NCBI RefSeq assembly: GCF_036321535.1
Contig: NC_087437.1
Span: 118,856,001 to 118,920,000, forward strand
Length of the DNA: 64,000 bases
Direction: 5' to 3'
Source of the DNA: Camelus dromedarius
Taxonomy: Eukaryota
Made by a program: the position numbers and the translations under genes. Positions 1-11,300 of this stretch are shown here, piece by piece. The notes below the pieces were generated by a model. The model worked only from the letters and a program-made list of their open reading frames with translations, was not told where the DNA came from and searched no databases. Numbering within the stretch: the stretch's first letter is position 1; each line of letters begins with the position of its first letter.

Positions 1-814
1 GCCCGTCGTTTCCGTAGCAAGGGCAGAGCTGTGCAGCGGGACTTTCTGAGATGATGGAGGTGTTCTGTGCTGCTCTGTTGTCACCCTCTCTCCATATTCA
101 GGCCTGAGCTCCCTAAGAAGGGAAGTCCAGATCATCCTGCAAGAACCCACTTGGACAGTGCACACCCTTAGGCTCAGAACCATCCCATGTTCTTGGAGAG
201 CTCTTCTGATTTTGGAAATGCCTCCGACCTTCCCCAGGGACTGGGCATTGGGCCACGTGTACTTCACCAGCCAGGGCTCAGGGCCCAGGGCCACCAGCTC
301 AGCTCCATCAGTGACAGACCCTGCGTTCCTAACAAGGCCCCAGGTGAAACCAGTGCTGCTGGTCCAGGGACGAGACTTTGAGAAGCACAGGTCTACGCCA
401 CCCGCACAGAAGAAAAAACAAAACGCGGCAGTGACACAGGACGCTGACACGGGCTTCAGGCAGGAGAGAAGGGCGCTGGGCCAGGGCGCGCTGCTCTGCT
501 CTTCAGCCCCCGCGGCGTCAGGCCTGGACGCATTACCCTGGAGGTTACGGAATGCCACACCGCTCTGCAAGATCCCGGGCTCCTAAGGACTGTGTCCAGG
601 TTCCACGTGATGTCAGAGCTGCTGCCTGGTCAGAGAGCACAGCTCACCTGCAGGGAGGCTGAGCAGCGACGGTGCTGGGCTAGGGGCGGGCCTCTGACAC
701 CGACCCTCCCCTAGGTACCACCCCTTCCTCCGGATTTCACCCCCAGTCGCCTCCTGGTTCTCCAGCAACTTCCTCTGCTTCTGCTCCGTCTGCATCTCCC
801 AGCACTGTCCTCCT

Positions 815-996
815 CCGGGCCCCGCCCCACGCCCCGTTCTGCCTCCGGCCCCGCCCCTTCTTCTGGCCCCGCCCCTTTCCCTGTACTCCCTCACCCTGCC
901 CCTTCTTTCTTTGGGCTCCGCCCCTCCGCCCTCCCCGCTGATTCCTGAGTTGCTCTAGGTTTCCTTTCTCTTGATAGAGAAAAAGAAACTGAAACC
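815..996. promoter_or_regulatory. GC-box cluster plus two ISRE/IRF-like motifs (candidate upstream promoter or enhancer)
   Basis: Repeated CCCCGCCCC/CCGCCC at ~820-931; AGGTTTCCTTTCTC at 957-970; GAAACTGAAACC at 985-996. Confidence 0.55.
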
Positions 997-3344
997 TTAC
1001 TAGAACTGACTGGGAAACTTGAGATCAGAGAAGACAGGAGGGGAGGAGGCAATACAGGAAACCCAGTGGCTTAGGGTAACTCTCAGGAGATCACAGAAGC
1101 ACCACTCATTCTAGAAACACTGATCGAAACGTTATGTGCCAGGAACTGTGCTAGACCCCAAGTGAAACAGCCAACATCACGACCTGGTCCTGCCCACTGA
1201 CGGCCTGGTGACACACTGCACCTTCACAAGGCCAGAGACAGCTTGAGGAGGCCATGATCCTGGGGAAGGGGGGGGGGGCTGGGCATGGGGCTCCCAGAAA
1301 GCAAGTGCGCTAGGCCTGGAGAAGGACTGAGTGAGGGTGCTTTCTGGGAAGAAGCCCAGCGCCGCAGGTGGAGGAGGAACCGGGCTCCTGAGCTGGAGGG
1401 AGACCTTGTGTAGTGAGGAGGTGGACATCCAAGCAATGGGGGAGCAGCGAGGTGAGGCCCAGCGCAGGCAGGCCTGGTGCCCTAAGCTGAGCAGTTCCTT
1501 CACCCCTCCCAGCCCTGCAGGGGGCACCTGCAGCATTTAAACAGGGTGCTATTCCCTTCCCACAGGTGTCTGAGGAGATGCACCAGTTTGTAGGTAGAGC
1601 GCGATGCCTAGAAGCTTGCCAGGCCTGGTTTCCCATTAACACCAGCTCACCTCTACTCGGCAAGGCCAGGCCAGGCCGGGCATCTGATGAGACGACTGGA
1701 CAAGGAACAGAGAGGCCTGGAGAGCCCTGGGCACCCATGACTGCACAGGCGACAGGGGGTGGGCGGTGAGAGTATCTTTGACCTCTGACATGTGTCCCTG
1801 TGGATGCCGGGGTTTTGCCAGACACGTTTCAGCGCGGTGAGGAAACAACAGTAAGAGAGCAGGACCGGCCAGAGGCATGGCGGGGTCTCGGGGGCGCAAG
1901 GGGCTGGGCCCAGTCCAATGACATTCAGCCTGTGACTTCTCAGCACCTACTGCTAGTAGGTGGCAGGCCCTGGAGGGATACAAGCTTGAAAAGACCTTTG
2001 TCGAGGCCTCTGTGAGACCGCTGCGGTGGTGCCCGCATTCTCCAAGATGCAGAGCATCCATCCGAGAGGCAAAGCATCATTGCCTGAGCTGAGCCAGGCC
2101 TGCAAGGAGCTCCCCAGGGCAGCTGCAGAGACACGGACCATGCAGTCGGGACTTGGCAGGGGAGGAGACTGTCTCTGGGAGCCCAGGGAGAAGGACAGAC
2201 AGGCGGACGGAAGCTGGGCCGCACTCAGGGATGGTGAGTGGGGTGCTGGCCTGGGGCACAGCTCTCAAGGGCTGAGAGCTTGAAACTCCTTGGTAGAACA
2301 CAGAGGCATCAAGGGTTCTACAGGAGGGAAAGAAGCGTCAGCAACGCGGGTGGGGGCTGTGAGCTTCCTGAGAACAGGGGCTCACCTTGTGGGCTTTGGC
2401 CTGGAGAGGGGACGCTGCACAGCACGGGCCTGGGAAGAAAACCTAGACTGCAATCTCCGCTCTCCCCCTTCTTGGACATGGGGCCCAGCAGTAAGAGAGG
2501 TCCTGGGCCTCAGTCTCCTCCTATGTGAAATGGGAGTGCTACCCTGAGTCCCTCCACAGGGTGGTGGTGAAGGTGAGTCATTCTCTCAGCCTGGCCCCTC
2601 ACACTTACTATTGCCTAGTACACAGGAGCTATTATTGTACTAGTGTTGAATTGTACCCCAAACAAGCCCCTGGGATCTTCAGGGAACCGCCACATAAGGA
2701 GCCTGTGAGAAACAGCAGGTCCCAGAATCCCAGGCCAGGAGGCGAGAAGGGGAGGGGTGGGGATCAGCTGGGGCTCCAAAGGTAAGGCGACACTTGCAGC
2801 CCTGAGAGTGAGGGGCTCCTTATATCCGCCTCCCAGACACCTTGCCCGCTGTCCCCAGTCCTGGCCCTGGCCCTGGCTCTGGCCCCAAGCAGTTTTCACC
2901 TTTGCCGGTGGCTCTTTCTGAATTCCTCCCTGAACAGGAGTCACGGGGAGAGCCTCCCGCGGTTTGAAGGTGCAGGATCATCCCTCAGAGCTGAGCCTTT
3001 CATCCACCAAGTGCCTCTCTCTCCCCACTTTCCCCTGCCTTTCGGTGCAGGTTTGCTCCTTCAGCACATCCTGCTCACAGCCCACCCAGAAACGGTGTCA
3101 CTCTTCTTTGTGACCAGAAAGTATCTGAGGCCCAGACGGGTGAGCAGCCAGGCAAAGGTTCCTTGATAGTTACCGCGGAAGCCTGTGCCCTCCCGCCAGC
3201 GCGCCCTGGGTGGGACGGCCCAGCCCCCAGCGGTGGACCCTGCAGAGCAGGGCAGACGTCAGGCCAGAGAGCAGCTCTGGGGTGGCTCCTCGTCTTCGTT
3301 CTGGTGCCGCCATAGTGAATTTGTTCCCGTCCAAGCTTTCCCTG

Positions 3345-3782
3345 TGTGGATGAGGAACGCCCCCGCCATATCAAGTAAACAAAGGATGTTGCGGCAATCA
3401 AGCCACCAGCCACTGCAGCCTCCTCCGACTGTGCACCCAGAGGGGACTCAGGATGGAGAACAGCAGGACACTGGCCCTAGAGAGCTGAGGTGCAGCCCAG
3501 AGGAATGATTCCAGTGAGCCCCGTCTCTTGCATCTTCCCAAATACAGAAAAGCACGAAATTCACTAACTTGAGATGCCTGGGTTTTCTGTGACAGTAATC
3601 TTTTGAGGTTCAGCCTATCAGGTTTTTGTTGTAACCCCCCATGTATCCTAACCCCTCCCTTACCCCTTAGGAAGTGTCCCTCAGAGCGACTGCGAGGCTG
3701 TGCTGGGGGAAGCCCTCAACCCATCCACCAAATAAACATCACTCCCAACTTTTAGGTTGCGCAGTGTTTTTCCCAGTGGACG
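3345..3782 (+). mobile_element. Solo LTR, ERV1 class (resembles the laurasiatherian MER41-like family)
   Basis: Starts TGTGG, ends GTGGACG (degenerate CA end), AATAAA at 3731-3736, 4-bp target-site duplication CCTG at 3341-3344 and 3783-3786. Confidence 0.75.
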
Positions 3783-4505
3783 CCTGACCCCAGCCCGAGG
3801 AGCTGAGCAGCTTCCGGGTCTTCCTGTGGGGGTGGGGGAGGCCTTTTCTAATCACAAGAGTCTTTGGGGTGGCGGGGAGGAGGCTTGTTTTGGGCTTGTC
3901 CGGTGGGCTAAGGAGATGGGGTGTCGCCCCACCCACAGAGCCCTCACCGGGAGGGTCACTCATGGGTCTACTTGACCTGAGCCCATACCTCCGCCCCGTT
4001 TCCATTCTGGGGAGATCCACTGAGCTGAGCTTCAGAGAGGGCTTGCATCTGACGAGGAGACTCAGGAAAGGAGGAAGAAGACATGGCTCTGCTTGGGGAG
4101 GGAGATTTGGGGGAAGCTGTGGGGCTTAGAATGCTTGAGAATCCCTGGATGTTCCCAGTGAAACTACAGCAGGATTTGAAGCACCCAGTTATCAGTGTTT
4201 GTGTTCAGAAGACCAGGGGTTAAGGGACCTGCTGGGTTCAAAGCATCGCACAGCTCTGCTCGGCTTTGGCTGACTCGAGGCTGTTCGGGCAGTGGCTCTG
4301 CATTTGTGCCGTCAGGAGAGCCGAGTAAAGCTGAGGTCCTGAGCCTGCGTGTCTGATGCAGTAGGTCTGCCTGGAACCCCACAATCTGCGCTGCCCGCAA
4401 GCTCCCAAGGATGTGGTGGCGGGCATACCTGGAGGGCTTCCAGGGGGCTGCGGCTGGGAGCAAGTGGTGCTGGCGTTGCCCCAGGCAGTGGCAAGCCTGG
4501 TGTTT

Positions 4506-4517
4506 GGTTTCGTTTCT
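4506..4517 (+). promoter_or_regulatory. ISRE (distal of the pair), MX1 promoter
   Basis: GGTTTCGTTTCT, the Mx-type ISRE core. Confidence 0.85.
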
Positions 4518-4543
4518 GACCAGAAGCCCTGGGACTATCCCAG

Positions 4544-4557
4544 GAGTTTCGTTTCTC
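4544..4557 (+). promoter_or_regulatory. ISRE (proximal of the pair), MX1 promoter
   Basis: GAGTTTCGTTTCTC, followed by GC box GGGGCGG at 4589-4595 and a CpG-rich region. Confidence 0.85.
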
Positions 4558-4595
4558 AGCGGCTGGGGGCTGAGGGAGGGGGGAGCGAGGGGCGG

Positions 4596-4663
4596 TGCTG
4601 AAGCTGCTCGAAGGTAAGGAGCAGCCGGCACCTGGGGCTGGTCACAGCACTGGGAGCTGACGG
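4596..4663 (+). other. MX1: Probable MX1 non-coding first exon (start approximate)
   Basis: Directly downstream of the ISREs and GC box; donor CGG|gtaagt at 4664, alternative donor AAG|gtaagg at 4614. Confidence 0.55.
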
Positions 4664-7377
4664 GTAAGTGTCGCGCTTCTTGCTCTGGGCACCATCTGAC
4701 CAGTCAGAGGGCTCGGGGCATCTGGGGGACTGGCTGCAGAGATGAACGCTCGGGGTGTAACAGTAAAAATGCTCAAGATGAATAGGGATGATGACGCAAT
4801 GGTGATGATAGTAATGGAAATAACACTAATGGCGGTGCTGGCTGGGCTCAGAGCACTCCTGATTCAACTTTCCCACCGACAGGATGCTCAGGCTCTTGGG
4901 TGACACATCGAAAGGCACCCCCCTCCCGAAACTGGCGGCGTTCTGCCGGAGGAGGTGGGCAGGTGGAGGAGATGCGGGCAGAGGGGGTCTCGGAGGGAGC
5001 GCGCTGGTTAAGGAGAGCGCGCTGAGAGAGTGTCACATCCAGGGCTGCGTGACCTCCAAGCGCACCCCAAACGCTGACCATCGCTGGATGTATCGCTTTA
5101 CATTTCCTGCTAACGAGTGCAACCCAGACAGATCTTCGGCCCGTGGAATCCTTAGACGCGCACGGAGCAGGGTCTTCACCAGTCCTGCTGAAGCGAGGGG
5201 GCTGGAGCTGAGAGTCTCCGCCGGGAGGTTTAGGGACGGGAGCCGCGCTGGGAACGGGAAGGGCGGGCGGAGAGATGAGGCATGCGCAGAAGGCCCCTGC
5301 GCGGAGTACCCTTAACGCAGGGGAGGGGGAGATGCCCAGGGTCTCCCGTCCTCGCAGATGTGGCGCGGGGAGAGACTGCGTGGGGCGGGCACACTTAATA
5401 GTCGGGATGGAGGGAGGGAGGACAGCCCTGGGGGTTGATGGATAACCCAGGTGCTGCCGACACCGTCCCTCCCCCCGCCTGCCCCGCCCCTCCTGCCCTG
5501 GTGACCGCTGAGCTGTGCAAGTGGGATTCTCGAAATTATTTGGTCAAATGTTACAGCAAGTTTTTGTTGGAAGTAGGGTCAAGTGATGCTAACGCCCCTG
5601 CTCCCCTGACTGTCCAGCTTAAAAAGGCTCCTAAAATGTCCTTGTCACCTTTCTGCTTTGCAACAGAGCTGCTGGCCAGGAAGTCCCCTGCCCCACTCTG
5701 CCCTTCCCATTGCAGGCAGGCCTTGCAATTCCTTCCCAGCTTCCCTTCCCCCACCGCCTGAAGCTCAGGTCGGAGCGGTTTGGTAGGGAGCGCTGGGTCT
5801 AAGGAGCAAGGCGTCTCCTTTTCAGTCAGAAAATGTACACGCCAGGGAGTTTTTGAAAGGCAAACCTTCATGAGAAAAAGCAAAGCTAAGTGCCCTGCGG
5901 ATTAACTAGCCTGAATTATTTTGAGCGAGTTGCAGACACTGAGTCTGGCACTTCCTCTGACTTGCTCGGTGGGTGGTCCTTGTCGGGGCCTGTGGTCACT
6001 GACTGCTCCCTCCCATCCCTGCTTCTTCTGTGGACTGGGCAGAGGAAGCTTTCTTAGGAGGTTAGGCTCCCCCTGGGAAACCTTTTGATGCCTTCCCCGC
6101 CCTCCCGGGGATTTGCCAAGACACTGCTGAGAGATGGGCTCTGGGTGTGGGAGCCACAGGGGAGCTAGCCCTCTGTGAAATCTGCAGGTGGGGAAGGGCC
6201 ATCCAGACAGCCACCCCCGTGGACCGTGGGAACCTGAGCGGGCAGACCTGCCCTGGGCGAGAACGGAAAGAACCCACAGCGCCTGGGCACCTTCTCCCCA
6301 TCCCTACCCCAAACTTGGGCCTGAGGAAGAGCCTGGCACAGCCACCCCACCAGCGACCACTGTGGGTGTGCAGGCCTGAGGAAGGTGGGGGTGGGGGAGG
6401 AGAGATTCCATGCGCTGTGCCTGCCCGGAAGCTCCCTGCAGCCTTGTCTGCAAACACCAGGCGTGGGTGAGTTTCCTGAGCAGTTTTCGGCAGAGGGCTG
6501 AGGGTCTCAGGGCCAGAACTGGCGAATGCTCTCTGCTCAGTTAGACAAGTGCCCCTGGAAGCCAAATGCAATGAATACGGAGGAAAGTGATCTTCAGTAC
6601 TGAGATTGCCTTGCTCCTGAAATCCAAAGGGATTTTCAAAGATGACCCAAGACAAGTACAAACGATTAAGATGTGCAGAGGAAACCCGCAAGATGGGACT
6701 TTCAGGGAATGTCATTTTGTGAAACAAACAGAGGAAGAGGGTATGCTTATGAAAAAATCCCGCGGTCCTGGAGTGGCGAGGCCTGGGGACCAGTGATGCC
6801 ACCTGCCTAGGCACAGTAGGGTCAGGTGAGGTTGCTGTCTTTCACATGGGGCCGCAGCTCCAGTCCAGGAAGCCCTGGCTGCACAAGGTTTCTCCAAAGG
6901 CATGGGCGGGGACGTGGGGCTGGAGAATAACTTTCCAGATGGCCAAATTCTGTAAGTCCTCTTTAAAACTGATCGCCTTTCAAAATCACCTTTCTCCCAC
7001 AATTCAATGAACAGAGGGCATAGCTCCCTCCCTTGGATTCTTAAGCAGCCTTGACCTTTCAATGGCACCAACATAGACCCCAAATTTCATAGGTTTTGGG
7101 GAAGATCCCTTGAGAAGAAGCAAGGAGAGCATGAGAAAAGGAGAAAAAAGGGCTGTTGGCTCAGGCAGTGCACTGACAGCCTGCTCTGTGCCTTACAAGT
7201 CTGTCTCAGAATTTAAATATCTCAGATTATAGGAAGGACTCAGGGCACTCTGAGTCTTCCTATAGCTCGTCCCCGCTGCTTTCACAGCATCCTCAGCCAT
7301 GGGGACGCAGTGTGACGAGTGCTTTCATTTATTCATCTGGGGTTTGGTGTAATTTGTACATTTTGCCTAATTTCAAG

Positions 7378-7455
7378 GAGGTGTAGGACAACAGCTCTGC
7401 ATTTCTGGTGACTAGTCATTGTTCCATCGTCAAGTAAAAGGAAGGTATATTGCAG
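7378..7455 (+). other. MX1: Probable MX1 5' UTR exon
   Basis: tttcaag|GAGGTGTAGGACAACAGCTCTG...TATATTGCAG|gtacg; resembles the recalled human MX1 5' UTR exon preceding the ATG exon. Confidence 0.65.
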
Positions 7456-8222
7456 GTACGTGCTTTAGGGTTTTTATAGCATTTATTCAAGTCTTAAGAC
7501 ATATTTTTTCATTGACTTTTATCCATGGGTATTAGATGTGTAAAATTTAATATTTAGAGATTTTGGTTCCAGAATAAAATCTGAATGAATCTCACATATA
7601 TGCATGTATATATTTTGGATGCAGACAAGTGAGACACAGTGGCCAATGAAGTGCTTATGAAGTCAAATGAATGACATTAAGACACAGTTCTTTGGGGGAA
7701 ATGAAACCAAACTCTGAAGTCGAGTATCAAAAGGAACACACGAAATGACTTGGAGCTCATATTTTTTTAAAATATAGGTTCGAGTGTTAAATCATCATAA
7801 TATTTAGAATCCGTCGTCTCCATTGGAAAGAGCTTTATAATACTTTTATTTTTACATGTAAATTTTAAAATGCATCAGAGATTTCATCCTTTGCCACAAT
7901 TTACATTTATGGTGAAAACTCTTTTGACGTACAGTGTAGAATCGTGACGGGACCTGCAGAACTTCAAAACCTCTTTTTGGGGTCTGGAAGCATACATGCC
8001 CTTGAGGAGAGTCGAGCCAGGAGAGAGCATTTGCCCTCATCTGACATTTGGCTCCGTGGAATTGTCCTGTCGTTGGTTTATCAGTCAGCAGGGAATGAAT
8101 GGGCCCCGCTGTGTCCCAGCGTGTCCCCTGGGGGGTTTGGCTCCGTGACTGAAGGTACCTGTCTTCTGAGTTGTGCTGATGCTCACCTACTTGATTTTAA
8201 GCTGATCCAGTAAAGGAAGAAG

Positions 8223-8327
8223 ATGGTTTATTCTGACTCGGAAAACAAAGAATTTGATTCAGCTTCTGCATCCAGTCATGCGTCCCTAAATGGAAATGAT
8301 GACATGGTGGAGAAAAATCAGGAAACA
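8223..8327 (+). CDS. MX1: MX1 coding exon 1 ([35 protein letters not shown])
   Basis: Acceptor ttttaag| at 8201, Kozak gaagATGG, donor gtaagt at 8328; 105 coding nt. Confidence 0.9.
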
Positions 8328-11300
8328 GTAAGTTGATGCCTGAAAACCACTAACGGCGTGGACACGAGCTGTGTCCATCTGAGGGCTGCCGGTGCGGACA
8401 GCGACGCCCTGGCCGCCCGGGGCTGCCTGCTGCCACATCTCTCCTGGGCAGGATGTGGGTGCAAATGCTCTCAAGGAACTCATGCTGCTTGGGCCCTTCT
8501 TGCAGCCAGATGTAGCCAGTGTTTTGCTTTAGCTGATGCTGGTTGGGATTGGATTTTGTTCTGGGAGAGCAGGCAGGGTGCTGAATGGCTGGTGTAGGAA
8601 TTGGTCCCGCGCAATGGGTCCAAGGAGCCCTGTGTTCTCACATGCATACGTCGTGGTTCAGTCTCCAGCGCAAAACTCTGAGGTGTCCCTGTGACCCCCC
8701 CTCACCGTGAAGCCACCTGATAGCTTTCTTCCCAAAATCACGTCACATGTTTGCGGGAAGCAAACTTGGCCTCCGGAATCAGTGCAACCCGAATCTGACC
8801 CGAGTGCTGCCACTTTCCTCTTTATGAGCTTGGGCGGTTATTTCTCCCTTTAGACGCCTGGCTTTTCATCTCTAAAGCGAGGAAGATTTTAGGATTTACT
8901 TTGTGTGGCTTTTGGAGGACTCGGGTACAGGCTGGGCGCTTAGAAAGAGCTCTGTATCTTGCTGTCATGTGTTGTAAAGCTGTAGCTCTTCAGCCCTTTC
9001 TAGGTGACTCCATGTTCTTAACCAGTGTTTAACACTATTTTAAACTATATTAGAAAGCACAGTGAAGGGCGTAGAAAACTGAGAAGGACCCGCACTTTGC
9101 GCCCCCCGATGTAACTGTCGTCTCCTGCCTGGCCGTGCCGGGCCCGGGGCAGTCGGAACCGCCCGGCTCACACTCACGCGTCTGGATGTAGCTGGGCCTC
9201 CTCCAGCAGCTAGAGCAGGCGTGTCCTGGGCGCAGCAGCCCCACTTCTAGGTGCAGAGCTTGGTCCTCAGAGTGTGGCCCCCAGACCTGCAGCATCAGAG
9301 TCCCCGGGGAAGCTCAGAGTGTAAATGAGCACCCTCACACATTCTGCCCCCGGACCTAGTGAACTAGACATTTCCGAGGCGGGGCCCGGCATCTATGCTT
9401 TACCAGACCCTCCAGGGGATTCTCCTTTGTGCTAAAGTTTGAGCAGCACTTTGCCATGTTCATACAGCGTCGAGTATGCACAAACCCGGAGTCCCCCCCG
9501 GGGGGAGTGCCTGCACAGGTCGGCCGGCCCGTGCGGCAGGGTTCCCAGGAGCAGCGCGCGGACTCAGCTGGCGTCCCGGCGACCAGGGTGGCTGAGTCTA
9601 ACCACCAACGCTGAACCCTAGAAGCACGTCCCGGAAGAGGTATACTCTGTGATCCCACTTATATGAGGTTCCCCAGCAGGCAACCGTGAGCCACGTACTG
9701 CTCAGCGAAGGATGGACTGGGGGTGAGAGCTGCGCTGAGGAGCAGGAAGGAGGTTCTCCCAAGCCCTAGAGCAGAGCGCCCCCTGGGGGTGAAGGGGATT
9801 CAGGAGGAAGGGGCCTGGGGAGGGGAGGTGGAGAGTCCTCAGCGCTGGGAATGCCGGCTTTCTCAAGCCAGCTGGCTGGTACGTGCATTTTTGCCAATTC
9901 TCGCTCATGTGTTATAAACTCTTGTGAATGGGCGGTACAGAAGTGAAAAGGAAAGGCCCCCACGAGGAGGACTGGGACTGAGGCCGCTGGCGAGTGTCAA
10001 GTTTCAGCCAGGTTTCTGCGGAGAGGCCATGGGCGGCTGGGCCCCAGTCCTTTCTTAAGTGTTGTTACTGAGAACAGTTGTAGAGGGCACTTGCTACAAA
10101 TGGCAAAGAGGACGGTATTCACGTGTATTGCAATAGGGGAGAAAGACTGAGCTCACCGTGGATACCAGGAAAGTTGGGGGTGGGGGGCAGTGCGCAGGGT
10201 GGGGAAAGGGAAGAGTGGGGGTGGGGGGAGGGGAGATTGGGGTGGGGGAGGGGAGAGTGGGGGTGGGGGGAGGGACCTGATTAACTCACAGGGGTGAGGG
10301 GGTGCTGGATGAGCTGGCTTAGCTCCATTCCTGGCTATGTGTGGGTGCAGCAGGCCAAGGTGGGGCCTAGTGGAGAGGAAGGCTCACAGGAGCCCCACTG
10401 AAGTTCGCTCAAGGAGCCCCTGTCGGGGGTTCCCCCTTCTCTGCTGAGTGTCGTCAGCATTCCCTGCAGATGAGATGGGGCGCTCAGACATTCCGTAAGG
10501 AGGGGGTTCTCAGCTGGGGGCACTTTTGCCCCTTGGAGCACCTGGCAAGTCTGGAGGCATTTTCGTTGCCACAACTCGGAGTGAGCGGTGGAGAGCGGCC
10601 AGGCGCGATGCCAGCCCTGCTGCAAGGCCCGGGACGGCCCCACCGCAGACACGTCTCTGGTCCGAATGTTAGTGCCTTCTCACCATGATCCAAAGGGCTG
10701 TTCTAGCAGAAGTGAATTATATTACAGCGAACACACAAAAATTGAAGTTGGAAAGAAAGAGGCCAATGTCAAAATGATTGTTTCACATTTTCTTTTCAAC
10801 TGAGGGTGTTTGTTTGCTTGTTGCTGAGTTGTGAGTGTTGTCACGTGTGCAGAGCCTTTGTCAGATGCAGGCTTTGCAAATATGTTCTTCCTGACTGTGG
10901 CTTGTCTTTTCATTTGCTTAACAGTGTCTTTTGAAGATCATACATTTTCAATTGTGGTAAAGGCCAATTTACCAGGTGGTTCTTTTATGGGTTGTACTTT
11001 GGGGCCATGTATAAGAAATCTTTGCCCAACCCAGAGTCAGAAAGATTTTTCTCCTGTGTTTTATTCTGGAAGTTCTGTAGGTTTAAGTTTTGCATTTCGG
11101 TCTATGATCTGTTTTGAGTTATTTTTCGTGTATGATGTAAAACACAGATTCACGGTCATTTTTTCTGCATATAGATAGTCAGTTACCCCAGTGCCATGAG
11201 TGGAAGGGATTACCTTTGTTCCGCAGCATTGCCCTTGCACTGTGGTCAAAACCCAGTTGTTCACGTACGTATCAGTTCATTCGTGGAACGTGTGCTCTGT

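Noticed and set aside
5716..6955. Additional candidate MX1 5' UTR exons (5716-5768; donor near 6952)
   Set aside because: Splice-like signals only; cannot be supported without transcript data
158..7083. Many long ORFs upstream of the MX1 CDS (e.g. 6062-6814, 250 aa)
   Set aside because: Overlapping, low-complexity P/G/R/S-rich translations with no recognisable domain; expected by chance in GC-rich DNA
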